Part shown: positions 17,997 through 28,252 of the stretch, piece after piece
Position numbering within the stretch: position 1 is the stretch's first letter
Layout of the letters: each line of letters begins with the position of its first letter
The notes under the pieces: generated by a model
Database searches by the model: none
Seen by the model: the letters and a program-made list of their open reading frames with translations, nothing else
Told to the model about the DNA's origin: nothing
Position numbers and translations under genes: made by a program
Origin: Candidatus Omnitrophota bacterium
GTDB lineage: Bacteria > Omnitrophota > Gorgyraeia > Zapsychrales > Fredricksoniimonadaceae
DNA: 64,000 nt
Direction of reading: 5' to 3'
NCBI GenBank assembly: GCA_903908245.1
Contig: CAIVRE010000033.1
Coordinates: 82,172-146,171, forward strand

Positions 17997-19553
17997 ATGA
18001 TCAAAGTCAAGCGCGCGCTGATCAGCGTTTCAGACAAGACCGGCCTGATAGAGTTTGTCAAAGGGCTGGCGAAATTTAATATTGAGATCCTGTCCACCGG
18101 AGGAACGGCCAAGGCGCTCAGGGATGCCGGCTTCACGGTCAAGGACGTCTCCGAGCATACCGGTTTCCCGGAAATGCTTGACGGCCGTGTCAAGACACTT
18201 CACCCCAAGATCCATGGGGGGCTGCTGGCGTTGCGCGATAATCCTGAGCATATGAAGACCGTGGCCGAGCATGATATCGGGCTTATTGATATGGTGGTGG
18301 TCAATCTTTATCCTTTTGAAAAGGTGACGGCCAAGAAGAATGTCGATCTGGCGGAAGCCATCGAGAATATCGATATCGGCGGGCCATCGATGCTGCGGTC
18401 CGGCGCGAAGAATTACAAGAGTGTGGCGGTCATTTGCAATCCGGAGCGGTATAAGGAGGTCCTTAAGGAGCTGGAGACCAACAGAGGCATCCTTCCCGAC
18501 GCGCTTTTGTTCAATCTGGCGGTGGAGGTTTTTGAGCGCACGTCCGCGTATGACCGTGTGATCGCGCAGTTCCTGGCGCGCCGGTTCACGTCCGATGCGT
18601 TTACGGCCATGCCTTCCCAGGTGGACCTGAGTTTTGTGAAGGTCCAGGAGCTGCGTTACGGCGAGAACCCGCATCAGCCGGCTGCATTTTACCGCGACGC
18701 GGCCGGGGTTAATGCGCTGGCTAAAATGAAGCAGCTGCATGGCAAAGAGCTTTCGTTCAACAATATCCTTGATCTCGCCGCGGCGGTTGATATCGCCTAT
18801 GCTTTTACCGGGCCGGCGGCGGTCGTTATCAAACATAATAATCCCTGCGGCGTGGCGGAAGACGTGAGCCTGGCCAAGGCCTATGTCAATGCCTGGGCTT
18901 GCGATAAGTTGTCGGCGTTCGGGGGCATTATCGGTTTGAACAGGCCGGTCGACAAGAAAACAGCGGAGGCGATCGCCAAAAGCGGTTTTATGGAGTGCGT
19001 GATCGCACCTGCTTTTGACAAGGAATCGTTTGAGCTTCTGGCACAGAAGAAGAATATCCGCCTGATGGAACTGGCGGTTGAAGATTATGTAAAGGACAAG
19101 TTTGATCTCAAGAAAGTTTCCGGCGGACTTTTACTGCAGGGGGCGGATACCCGGGTTTTGGCCCCGGAGGAGCTGAAGGTGGTCAGTAAAGCCCGGCTTA
19201 CCAAGGCACAGGTTCAATCGCTTTTATTCGGCTGGAAAGTCGTCAAATATGTGAAGTCTAATGCCATTGTTTTGACCAAGGGTACCAGGACCGTGGGTAT
19301 TGGTATGGGCCAGACTTCGCGCGTTGACAGCGCGAAACTCGCGATCGCCCGTGCCGGCAAGCTGGCTAAAGGCGCGTGCCTCGCGTCGGATGCTTTCCTG
19401 CCAAAGGCGGATACCGTCACTTTTGCGGCCAAGGCAGGGGTTAAGGCTATTATTCAGACCGGAGGTTCTATTGCCGACCAGGAAGTGATCGCGGAGGCCA
19501 ACAAGCGCAAGATGGCGATGGCGGTTACCGGTGTCAGGCATTTTCGGCATTAA
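17997..19553 (+). CDS. purH: bifunctional AICAR transformylase / IMP cyclohydrolase
   Basis: N-terminal MGS-like domain (ALISVSDKTGL…ILSTGGTAK…GRVKTLHPKIHGG) and AICARFT domain, 518 aa. Confidence 0.9.
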   Translation: MIKVKRALISVSDKTGLIEFVKGLAKFNIEILSTGGTAKALRDAGFTVKDVSEHTGFPEMLDGRVKTLHPKIHGGLLALRDNPEHMKTVAEHDIGLIDMVVVNLYPFEKVTAKKNVDLAEAIENIDIGGPSMLRSGAKNYKSVAVICNPERYKEVLKELETNRGILPDALLFNLAVEVFERTSAYDRVIAQFLARRFTSDAFTAMPSQVDLSFVKVQELRYGENPHQPAAFYRDAAGVNALAKMKQLHGKELSFNNILDLAAAVDIAYAFTGPAAVVIKHNNPCGVAEDVSLAKAYVNAWACDKLSAFGGIIGLNRPVDKKTAEAIAKSGFMECVIAPAFDKESFELLAQKKNIRLMELAVEDYVKDKFDLKKVSGGLLLQGADTRVLAPEELKVVSKARLTKAQVQSLLFGWKVVKYVKSNAIVLTKGTRTVGIGMGQTSRVDSAKLAIARAGKLAKGACLASDAFLPKADTVTFAAKAGVKAIIQTGGSIADQEVIAEANKRKMAMAVTGVRHFRH

Positions 19554-19563
19554 AACCTCCTTC

Positions 19564-19598
19564 ACCCCGGGGGTGCAGGAAACCTGCGCCCCCGGGGT
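19564..19598 (+). promoter_or_regulatory. GC-rich 17-bp hairpin between purH stop and the folC RBS (no U-tract)
   Basis: CACCCCGGGGGTGCAGG aaa CCTGCGCCCCCGGGGTG, immediately followed by AAAGG-N6-ATG of folC. Confidence 0.45.
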
Positions 19599-19610
19599 GG
19601 TAAAGGTTAT

Positions 19611-20963
19611 ATGAAATTCAATACAAATGAATATTTAGCTTCGTTCGTCAATTGGGAACCCCGGCTCGATCAAGCCGGGGTTTCGTCTTTTTCGGTGGAC
19701 CGGATGGACGGGTTGCTTAAGGTTTTTCGTCATCCGGAGTCATCGCTGCGTTTCGCGCATATCGCCGGCTCTAAAGGCAAGGGGTCGACGGCCGCATTCC
19801 TCGCCAATATTTTACGTGCGGCCGGGTATCGCGTGGGGCTTTATACGTCTCCTCATTTGTATTCTGTTCATGAGCGCATCCGTGTTCTTGATCCGGATGT
19901 CCGGTCTTCTGATTCCTTCGAGGGGATGATCACTCCGCAGGAGTTTGATGAACAACTGCGGAGCCATCAGGGAGAGATCGATCGTTTGCGCGCATCGGGT
20001 GTTGATATTACTTATTATGAACTGTTGACGGCGTTGGCGGTGGCGCATTTCGCGGCGAAAAAGGTCAGGCTGGTCGTGCTTGAGACCGGGCTTGGCGGCC
20101 GCCTGGATGCCACGAATATTTTTGAGACGAGTGTGTGCGGCATTACGCCGATCAGCCTTGAGCATACGGCTATCCTGGGCGGAACGCTGGAACTGATCGC
20201 GGCGGAGAAGGCGGCGATCATCAAGTCTCCGTCGCAGCGCGCGGTCTTTGCCCGCCAGGAGCCAGGGGTCATGGTGGTTTTAAAGGCCAGGGCGGGTTTG
20301 TTCGGGATCCTGCCGACTTTGATCGGCGAGGATATGCCGCTGAATATCCTATCGGAAGGGCCCGACGGAGTGAGGTTCGGCGTATCCGGCCGCCGGGAGT
20401 ATTCTGACCTTCATGCCCGGTTACCCGGTGAACATCAGGCGGCCAATGCGGCCCTGGCCATTGCCATGGCGGAGGATCTTGAAGCTTACGGGCTGGTGTT
20501 AACGCAAGACGCGGCGTGCCAGGGCATTTCTTCGACGGTATGGCCCGGGCGGTTCGAGGTCTTTGACGGTTTACGGCCGGTTGTTGTTGTTGATTCCGCG
20601 CATACTCCGCAATCGGCCGCGGCTTGTGCGCGGGCTTTTAGTAAAGTTTTTCCAGGATGTCAGGCGGTTGTTCTGCTCGGGATAAGCCGGGATAAGGATA
20701 TTGCGGGTATTTGTGCGGCGCTGGGGCCTGTTGCCGGCAGGGTTGTGACGGCCAAGGCGGATAATCCGAGAGCCTTCGCGTTTTCGGCGCAGGAACTTGG
20801 AGCGTATTTTCCGTCGAAAGAATGTGTTTCATTCAACGATGTCCCATCCGCCATGGCCGGGGCCGTGCGTCTGGCGGGGAAAAGCGGTATAATCCTTGCG
20901 GTGGGTTCTGTTTTTTTAGCGGCGGAGGTCAGGAAAGAATGTATCAATACGCATCACATCTAG
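19611..20963 (+). CDS. folC: folylpolyglutamate synthase / dihydrofolate synthase
   Basis: Mur-ligase family: GSKGKGST P-loop, central and C-terminal Mur ligase domains, 450 aa. Confidence 0.8.
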   Translation: MKFNTNEYLASFVNWEPRLDQAGVSSFSVDRMDGLLKVFRHPESSLRFAHIAGSKGKGSTAAFLANILRAAGYRVGLYTSPHLYSVHERIRVLDPDVRSSDSFEGMITPQEFDEQLRSHQGEIDRLRASGVDITYYELLTALAVAHFAAKKVRLVVLETGLGGRLDATNIFETSVCGITPISLEHTAILGGTLELIAAEKAAIIKSPSQRAVFARQEPGVMVVLKARAGLFGILPTLIGEDMPLNILSEGPDGVRFGVSGRREYSDLHARLPGEHQAANAALAIAMAEDLEAYGLVLTQDAACQGISSTVWPGRFEVFDGLRPVVVVDSAHTPQSAAACARAFSKVFPGCQAVVLLGISRDKDIAGICAALGPVAGRVVTAKADNPRAFAFSAQELGAYFPSKECVSFNDVPSAMAGAVRLAGKSGIILAVGSVFLAAEVRKECINTHHI

Positions 20964-22330
20964 ACACCATTGCCGCGATTGCGACTGCCGCTGGCGCGGG
21001 AGGTGTTGCCATCGTGCGTCTGAGCGGTCCGCAGAGCGTGAATGTGCTCGGCAGGGTTTTTACGGCAAAGTCGGCCGGCCGGCCGGAAAGCTGGAAGCCG
21101 AATGCCATGCATTTGGGGTGGGTCATGGAAGCTCCCGGTGCCGTGATCGATGAGTCTTTGGCGGTCGTGATGCGCGCGCCTAAAAGTTATACGGCACAGG
21201 ATGTTGCCGAGATCCATACGCATGGCGGTGTGTCTGCGGCCCGTTTGGCATTGGAACTTTGCCTGAAGAACGGCGCGCGCCTGGCGGAGCCGGGAGAATT
21301 CACCAAACGCGCTTTTTTGAACGGCCGTATTGACCTCGCCCAGGCGGAGGCGGTGCAGGATATGGTATCGGCGCGCACGCAGCGCATGCTGCGCGCGGCC
21401 AGCCATCAGCTGGGAGGCGAGTTGTCGGCGGAGCTGAATGCTGTCCGTGAAATGCTGATGACGGTTTATACAGGCTTTGAGGCGCTTTTGAATTTTCCCG
21501 AGGATGATATCGACCGCGGCCAGCCGGCCGGAGCGAAACAGGATATTGTCCGTGCATTGCAGCGGATCAACGGTCTTTTGTCTACGGCGGATGGCGGCGT
21601 TATTTTAAGGGAAGGCATTCGGATGGTCATTTGCGGCAAGCCTAATGCCGGGAAATCGTCGCTGCTTAATGCTCTCTTGAAACATCCGCGCGCTATTGTG
21701 ACCGATGTGGCCGGGACGACGCGCGATACGCTGGAAGAGAGTGCGAATATTCAGGGGATCCCGGTGAGCCTGGTGGATACCGCGGGCATCCTTGACCCGC
21801 GCGATAAGGTGGAAGAAGAGGCGGTGCGCCGCAGTCATGCCTCTATTGCTTCGGCGGATATTGTGATCCTGATCCTTGACCGTTCCCGTCCGCTGGAGGC
21901 GGCAGATCTTGCCCTGTTGGTGAAGACGGCAACGGTCAGGACGGTGATCGTTTTAAACAAAAGCGACCTGTCGGCGGCATGCGTTGAGAATGTGACGGCA
22001 TTGGCATCGGGCCGTCCGATGGTTGAGGTTTCAGCGTTGACCGGGGACGGGATCGCGCGGCTGGAAGGAGTTTTGGTTGAATTGGCAGTGAAGGGCGGCT
22101 TGCCGGACATGAACGCGGTCGTTGTTACCAATGCCCGTCATATCGAGGCCTTGCGCCTGGCGGCCGATTCGCTGGACCGTTCGGTTGAGGCCATGGATAA
22201 CCGTGCGCCGCTGGAGATCGTTTCCGAGGGGATCAAGGGCGCGGTCAACCGGCTGGATGCTGTGACGGGCCGGAATATTGATGCGGATGCGATCGAACGC
22301 ATCTTTTCCGGGTTCTGTATCGGGAAATAA
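20939..22330 (+). CDS. mnmE: tRNA modification GTPase MnmE
   Basis: N-terminal DTIAAIATAAG…IVRLSG, G-domain GKPNAGKSSLLN / DTAG / NKSD, and the family-typical C-terminal FCIGK. Start taken at the internal ATG (MYQYASHLDTIAAIA). Overlaps the folC 3' end by 25 nt. Confidence 0.85.
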   Translation: MYQYASHLDTIAAIATAAGAGGVAIVRLSGPQSVNVLGRVFTAKSAGRPESWKPNAMHLGWVMEAPGAVIDESLAVVMRAPKSYTAQDVAEIHTHGGVSAARLALELCLKNGARLAEPGEFTKRAFLNGRIDLAQAEAVQDMVSARTQRMLRAASHQLGGELSAELNAVREMLMTVYTGFEALLNFPEDDIDRGQPAGAKQDIVRALQRINGLLSTADGGVILREGIRMVICGKPNAGKSSLLNALLKHPRAIVTDVAGTTRDTLEESANIQGIPVSLVDTAGILDPRDKVEEEAVRRSHASIASADIVILILDRSRPLEAADLALLVKTATVRTVIVLNKSDLSAACVENVTALASGRPMVEVSALTGDGIARLEGVLVELAVKGGLPDMNAVVVTNARHIEALRLAADSLDRSVEAMDNRAPLEIVSEGIKGAVNRLDAVTGRNIDADAIERIFSGFCIGK

Positions 22331-24550
22331 TTATTTCCGCAGTTTTTGCAGTTCGTTGTTCAGCCGGGCGATCTCGGCGTGCGCGTTGGTTGTTGTTGTT
22401 TGCAGGGCCGCGATCTCCTTGTTTAGCCGCACGATCTCTTCTTCTCTCTGCAGCAACCGGGATTCCGCCAGTGTGGCGGCGCTTTCCCTGTCGGCCATTC
22501 GTGTTTTCAATGCGTCGCGATCCGCTGTCATTTGTATCAGGTCCTTGGCTTTGGCATCCGCTTCCGCGGACGCCCGCAGGAATTCCATGTCGCGTTTCTG
22601 AACGACACCCTTGATGGCATCCTGTTTGGCTTGCATGACCGCGAGTTTTTCCTGCAGCAGTTGGCTTTCTTTATCGGTCTGTTCGATGACCCTGGCTTGT
22701 TGATCGATCCTGTTCTGGAGCGCGGCCAGCTGGGCGCTTTTTTCCTGCAGGTCCAGCGAATAGTTGCAGACGGCGGATCTGGTTTCGGCTGTCTGGGCTG
22801 TGGTTTGATCGTTGACCGAAGACAGGGATTTCAGCAGTTGCTGTTTGAGCAGCACGATCGTATTGTCTTTTTCGGCAAGCGTTTCGTGAAGGATCCGGAC
22901 CTCTTCGGCATTGGCCGGCGAGGGCAAGCGGGCGGATGCTGCGTTCACCGGCTGGCCAGGCGGTGTCACGGAGGCCTGGCTGTTGTGTTTTTCCGCCGCA
23001 GGAAGCAATGCCTCGACTTCGGTCTTCAGTTGTGCGATCTCTTTCGTTTTTGCGGCATCGGATTCTTTGAGCTCCAGGAGTTCGTTCTTGTCGCGCCAGG
23101 CCAAGGATTCATTCTTGGTCAGTCCGGCTTCAAGCGAACGGACTTTGGCCCTGGTTTTCTGGAGTTCCAGGTCTTTATCGGACAGCCCGGTACGGGCCTC
23201 CAGGAGCTGGTTCTCAAGTTTTTCCATTTGAGTGGTGAAGGAGGCGATTATTTCACTTTGCATCATGAGCGCCGTGTTCCTGTTCTCGGCCGGGATGGCG
23301 GGAGCCGGAAGTGCGGTGTTCCCGGGCTGGACCAGCGCGCGCATTTTGGAAACCCCGGCCCGAAGGTCAGCCATGTCGGCATCGTTTTGTTTGAGGAGGC
23401 TTTCGATCGAGGTCAGGCTGGCGCCGGTCTTCCCAAGTGCGTTGTCGGTGAATGTCAGGGTGACATCCTGTTGCGCGATGATGGCGTTCTTTTCGGCGAG
23501 CAGGGATCTGAATTCAGCGATCTGGCGGTCTTTGGCGGCCAGGGATGTGTCGATATTCGTAACGGATGAATTTTGCCTGAAGAGGCTGTCTTTTGAGGTG
23601 TTCAGCCGCTTGTCGTCATTTTCGACCCTGGTTTTGAGGACATCGATCTCTTTGAGTTTGGCCGCGTAATCGTTCATCAGGTCGGAAAATTGTTTTTGAT
23701 CGGTAAAATTCCTGGTCCCGAGATCGGATTTGATCGATTGATAATATGTGTCGATATCCTTGAGTGTTGTGTTCATGCGCGCAAGGTTGTTCTTGATCCT
23801 GGCCAGATTGTCCTGCCTGTCCATCACGGCGAGGGTCTTATCGACCAGCATTTCCCTTTTGTCGTCGATGGCAGCCGCGAGCCTGGGCGGCCTCTGGCCG
23901 GAGGCTGTATTTTGCAGGCGCGCCTGGACCTCATCGGCCGAGGCGGAAGTATTGACGCTGATCCCGGACTGTTCGCCGGCTTCACCCGTCAGCTTGAGGA
24001 GCTCATTGGATTGATGCAGCCGTTGCGGGACCCGGTCCGGCGGCAGGCTTTTCATCAGGGAATCAAAGGGCCCGGCGTATGGCGTACCGGAGAATTTGGC
24101 GCGCAGCTCTCCGAGTTCGCGCGAGCGCAGGTAAAGCATGGAGTAGAGGGCGTCATTCTCGGTGATCAGGTTGCGGATAAGGTATTCGAGGTCGAGCGAC
24201 CCGGTTTCATAGCGGGCAATATCGGCCTTGAGCGTGGCAATATCGTTGATGGCCGGGTCGATGAGGTCAACAAGGGTTTGGGCGCCGGCGGATCTTTGCC
24301 CGGTCCTTTCCGTGATGAGCTTGAGGTAGCGCGCGGCCGCGGGGTTGTTCGGATCAAGCCGGACAATGCGCTGGAACTCTTTCCATGCCCCGGGATAGTC
24401 TCCGCGGTCGTAAAGGCGCGAGGCGTATTTTTCGAGGAAGGATATCTGCGCGGTATACGCCTGGGCCCAGGCCGCGGTATTTCCGCCGTATCCCAGGATC
24501 ATGGCGAGCAAGAGGGAAAGGATGGGGCGGTTGATGGCAGATTTATGCAT
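22331..24550 (-). CDS. secreted TPR plus long coiled-coil protein (739 aa)
   Basis: Signal peptide (LSLLLAMILGYGGNTAAWA), TPR-like N-terminus, then about 600 aa of heptad-rich L/Q/E/K/A sequence. Confidence 0.5.
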   Translation of the reverse strand: MHKSAINRPILSLLLAMILGYGGNTAAWAQAYTAQISFLEKYASRLYDRGDYPGAWKEFQRIVRLDPNNPAAARYLKLITERTGQRSAGAQTLVDLIDPAINDIATLKADIARYETGSLDLEYLIRNLITENDALYSMLYLRSRELGELRAKFSGTPYAGPFDSLMKSLPPDRVPQRLHQSNELLKLTGEAGEQSGISVNTSASADEVQARLQNTASGQRPPRLAAAIDDKREMLVDKTLAVMDRQDNLARIKNNLARMNTTLKDIDTYYQSIKSDLGTRNFTDQKQFSDLMNDYAAKLKEIDVLKTRVENDDKRLNTSKDSLFRQNSSVTNIDTSLAAKDRQIAEFRSLLAEKNAIIAQQDVTLTFTDNALGKTGASLTSIESLLKQNDADMADLRAGVSKMRALVQPGNTALPAPAIPAENRNTALMMQSEIIASFTTQMEKLENQLLEARTGLSDKDLELQKTRAKVRSLEAGLTKNESLAWRDKNELLELKESDAAKTKEIAQLKTEVEALLPAAEKHNSQASVTPPGQPVNAASARLPSPANAEEVRILHETLAEKDNTIVLLKQQLLKSLSSVNDQTTAQTAETRSAVCNYSLDLQEKSAQLAALQNRIDQQARVIEQTDKESQLLQEKLAVMQAKQDAIKGVVQKRDMEFLRASAEADAKAKDLIQMTADRDALKTRMADRESAATLAESRLLQREEEIVRLNKEIAALQTTTTNAHAEIARLNNELQKLRK

Positions 24551-24558
24551 AGGTCCTC

Positions 24559-25416
24559 TTATTGTTTGACGGCCTCAAGGTTGTTCCGGAGGTCAAGGAT
24601 GTGCCGGTTCTTTTCGGCGATGGAGATCTCGATCTGATCCAGGCGTTTCTGGATGTTCACGAATTTTGCCTGGATGGTCGTGAGTTCTTCTGTGGCGGTC
24701 GGTGCCGGTGCAGCGCCCGGTGTTGGAGCTGGGGCGGCGGAAGAGGGCCCGGAGGCCTTTTGGGCCAGGGCCTGATTGAGTTCCGTGATCTGGTCGTTCA
24801 TGGACTTGGCGTCATTGACGGCCTGGTTCAGGCTGGCTTTTAACGCGGCGATCGTTTCCGCGCTCATTTTATTCCCGGCGCTCAGCGCTTCGGTCATGTC
24901 TTGAGTGCGTTTTTCGAGCTGTTCGGCGGCCGCTTTATATTCGGCGATCTTTGCCGTCAGCGTGGCCTTGCTGTTGCGGTACCTTTTATTGTAAGCCGTC
25001 AGCTGTTCGAGCATGAGGTCCGTGTCTTTTTCGAAATAAAAAGACGCCGGAAGAAAGTCTTCTTCATTGAAGTCGAATTGTTCGCAGGGCAGTTTCTTTA
25101 GATCGTCTTTCAGGTAGGTGAATTCAGGCCCTTTTTGCGCGATCTTTTGCAGGTGGTACTGGGCCAGCCGATTGGGGCAGTCTTTCTTGAGAATGGCCTT
25201 GAATACCTTGACGGCCTCGGCGTAATTGCCTTTGCGGTACAGCTCCAGGCCATAGCGGGTGGTCTCTTTGACCGTGACGTCTTTGATGTTCATGGACATG
25301 ATATCTTTATCGGAGGATGGTGAGGCTTTGTCGATGACCGCAAAGGATATTGAGGGGGAGGCAAGAAAGAAGGCAAGGACGATCAAAAGAGCGCGCTTAA
25401 CCGGCGTGTTTCGCAT
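24559..25416 (-). CDS. secreted TPR plus coiled-coil protein (285 aa), same architecture as the preceding gene
   Basis: Signal peptide (ALLIVLAFFLASPSISFA), TPR-like YRKGNYAEAVKVFKAILKKD, coiled-coil remainder. Confidence 0.5.
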   Translation of the reverse strand: MRNTPVKRALLIVLAFFLASPSISFAVIDKASPSSDKDIMSMNIKDVTVKETTRYGLELYRKGNYAEAVKVFKAILKKDCPNRLAQYHLQKIAQKGPEFTYLKDDLKKLPCEQFDFNEEDFLPASFYFEKDTDLMLEQLTAYNKRYRNSKATLTAKIAEYKAAAEQLEKRTQDMTEALSAGNKMSAETIAALKASLNQAVNDAKSMNDQITELNQALAQKASGPSSAAPAPTPGAAPAPTATEELTTIQAKFVNIQKRLDQIEISIAEKNRHILDLRNNLEAVKQ

Positions 25417-25717
25417 AGATTTTCCCTCGGGTTAATAATAAAACGAAGTATAACATCTATTTTGATGTAATGTCAAGGTTGGGGGGGCCGGATGCTTGAT
25501 TAGGTAGAACTTTATATATCGCCGATGGTCCTGCTGGAGATCCAGTTCCTGAGGGAGGCGGGCAAGCTGGATATCAGGCCTGAACGCTTTTTAAAGGATA
25601 TGAAACAGGCGGCGTTCAACGAGGCGCCGCTCCTGACGCGGGACAAGAACATCCTTGAACATTACCATCGGGCTGTTTGGGATTGATGCATTCGGGATTT
25701 CTTGTATAATGCGCGCT

Positions 25718-28252
25718 ATGGATCAAGCTTCTTCCTCCACGCCCATGCTCAGGCAGTATGCCGAGGTTAAATCTTCCCATAAAGACTGCATTCTGTTCTT
25801 TCGCCTGGGTGATTTTTATGAAATGTTCTACGAGGATGCCCGGGACGCGTCGCGCCTCCTCGAGCTTGTATTGACCTCCCGCGGGAGCGACGACAAGGGC
25901 AAGGTCCCTATGTGCGGCATTCCGTACCATTCGGCGGAGAATTATATCAGCCGCCTGGTGCGCGCCGGACGAAAGGTGGCTATTTGCGAGCAGGTCGAGG
26001 ACCCGGCCCTGGTCACGAAAGGCATTGTGCGCCGGGAGGTCGTGCGGGTCATTTCGGCCGGGACTTTCCTGGATGAAGGGTCGCAAGCGCGGTTCTTGCT
26101 GACGCTCGCGCCCGGCCCGAAGGCGATCGGCATTGCGTTCACCGATACCGCCACAGGCGCTATCCAGGCCAATGAATTTGTCAGCGAGCATCAGGTGCTG
26201 GAAGTCCTTTCCAAGATCCCCCTGAATGAATGTGTTTATCCCGAGGCAAAAGAAGCCGAGGTCAAAAAACTGCTGGCGCATCCGATGCTGCGGCTTAAGG
26301 GGTTGACGCTGACCGCGTTCCGCGGCTGGTCATTCGAGCCAGAGCGCGGGCGCAAGGTTTTACTGGAACATTTCGGCGTTCAGAGTTTGCGCGGGTTCGG
26401 GATCGAGCCGTTGCCCCAGGCCCAGGCGGCGGCCGGTGCGCTGGTGGAATACCTGCGCGATATGAACAAAACGCCTATCAGGCATCTTGACCGGATCTCC
26501 TTGTATAATGATTCGGGCTATGTTTTTATTTCACCCGCGGCGCATTACGGCCTGGAGCTCGACAGCCTGTTAAAGGCGCTGGACTGCACGGTCACGCCGA
26601 TGGGGCGCCGGCTTTTCCGTTCCTGGCTGTATCACCCCTTGAAAGCGGTGCCGCTTATTGACCAGCGGCTTGATGCCGTGGAGCTTTTGAAGAACAACGC
26701 GGCATTAAGCGCACAATTGGGCAGCCATGAGCTTAAGGATATGCCCGATGTTGAGAAAAGTTTGTCGCGCTTGAGTTGCGGCTGTGCCTTGCCGAAGGAT
26801 CTTCTGGTCATTCGTAACGCGCTTGCGCGCGCGCCGGGGCTGGCGGCCTCGCTGGTCACGGTTGCGGCCGTCAATGAATTATTCGCTTTGCACGATATCC
26901 CCGGCCTTCGGGAGAAGCTTGCGGCGGCCATCGATCCGGACATGCCGCTGGCGAAAAATGAGGGCAAGGTCATCCGCAAAGGGTTCAATGCCGGGCTTGA
27001 CGAGCTCAAGGGCTTGCAGGATAACGGCCTTGAATGGTTGCAGGATTATCAGGCGCGGGAAGTGCGCCGCAGCGGGATCAATTCGCTGAAAGTGGGGTTT
27101 AACAGGGTTTTTGGATATTATATCGAGATCACCAATGCGAACCTGAAGTCTGTTCCGCCGGATTATCAGCGAAAACAGACGTTGGTTAACGGCGAGCGCT
27201 TTATTACGCCGGAGCTCAAGGAGCATGAGGTCAAGATATTGACCGCCCAGGAAAAAGTGCTGAAGCTTGAAGCGGATATTTTACAGGAATTGACGAAAGA
27301 TATCATTCATGCGATGGCCGATGTCCATCGTTTTTGCCGCGAGGTGGCGGTGGTGGATGTGCTTGCGTCGCTGGCGGCGGTGGCCGCCCGGCCGGGTTAT
27401 TCCCGCCCGAAGCTGTCCGAGGGCGTCGAGTTCATGGTCGAGGCCGGCCGCCATCCGGTGGTGGAAGGCCTCTTGAGCGGGGAGTTCATTCCCAATGATA
27501 CCCGATTGGGAGACGGCGCGCATCTGGTCATATTGACCGGGCCGAACATGGCGGGGAAATCGACCTATATCCGTCAGAACGCGCTGCTGGCCGTGATGGC
27601 GCAAATGGGGAGTTTTGTTCCGGCCAGGTCGGCACGGATAGGGGTGGTGGACAAGATCTTTACCCGGATCGGCGCACACGACGAGATCGGCAAGGGCCAG
27701 AGTACCTTCATGGTCGAGATGACCGAGGCCGCGGATATCGTTAATAACCTCACGCCCAGGAGCCTGGTCATCCTTGACGAGATCGGCCGCGGGACCTCTA
27801 CTTATGACGGGCTTGCGCTTGCCTGGGCCCTGGTTGAACATTTGCACACGAAGAAAGCGCGGGTGTTCTTTGCCACGCATTTTCACGAACTGACCAGGTT
27901 GTCCGACCAGCTTTCGGGTGTTAAGAATTATAATGTCCTGGTGCGCGAGTGGGATGACAACGTGATCTTTCTTCACCAGATCGTTCCCGGCGCGGCGGAT
28001 GACAGTTACGGGATCTATGTGGCCAAGCTTGCCGGCATGCCGGGCAAGGTGGTGAGCCGCGCGAATGCGATCCTGCTTGAGCTGGAGCAGAGTCAATTGG
28101 CGGCACATACGCCGGGACCGGACCTGTTCAAGCCTCCGCTCGATCCGGGCAAGGATGAATTGCGCGCGTCCGTGGAGGCGCTGGATATCGAGAACATGAC
28201 GCCGCTGCAGGCCCTGCAGACATTGAGCGAACTTAAAAGGAAATATGCCTAA
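25718..28252 (+). CDS. mutS: DNA mismatch repair protein MutS
   Basis: N-terminal TPMLRQY…FYEMFYEDA mismatch-binding domain, Walker A GPNMAGKST, DEIGRGTSTYDG, C-terminal HTH region. Start set at MDQASSS. An alternative ATG lies 9 nt upstream. Confidence 0.9.
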   Translation: MDQASSSTPMLRQYAEVKSSHKDCILFFRLGDFYEMFYEDARDASRLLELVLTSRGSDDKGKVPMCGIPYHSAENYISRLVRAGRKVAICEQVEDPALVTKGIVRREVVRVISAGTFLDEGSQARFLLTLAPGPKAIGIAFTDTATGAIQANEFVSEHQVLEVLSKIPLNECVYPEAKEAEVKKLLAHPMLRLKGLTLTAFRGWSFEPERGRKVLLEHFGVQSLRGFGIEPLPQAQAAAGALVEYLRDMNKTPIRHLDRISLYNDSGYVFISPAAHYGLELDSLLKALDCTVTPMGRRLFRSWLYHPLKAVPLIDQRLDAVELLKNNAALSAQLGSHELKDMPDVEKSLSRLSCGCALPKDLLVIRNALARAPGLAASLVTVAAVNELFALHDIPGLREKLAAAIDPDMPLAKNEGKVIRKGFNAGLDELKGLQDNGLEWLQDYQAREVRRSGINSLKVGFNRVFGYYIEITNANLKSVPPDYQRKQTLVNGERFITPELKEHEVKILTAQEKVLKLEADILQELTKDIIHAMADVHRFCREVAVVDVLASLAAVAARPGYSRPKLSEGVEFMVEAGRHPVVEGLLSGEFIPNDTRLGDGAHLVILTGPNMAGKSTYIRQNALLAVMAQMGSFVPARSARIGVVDKIFTRIGAHDEIGKGQSTFMVEMTEAADIVNNLTPRSLVILDEIGRGTSTYDGLALAWALVEHLHTKKARVFFATHFHELTRLSDQLSGVKNYNVLVREWDDNVIFLHQIVPGAADDSYGIYVAKLAGMPGKVVSRANAILLELEQSQLAAHTPGPDLFKPPLDPGKDELRASVEALDIENMTPLQALQTLSELKRKYA

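Noticed and set aside
18030-18836. 268-aa minus-strand ORF
   Set aside because: Antisense to purH.
22532-24637. Plus-strand ORFs of 345 and 315 aa
   Set aside because: Antisense to the coiled-coil genes. Low-complexity translations.
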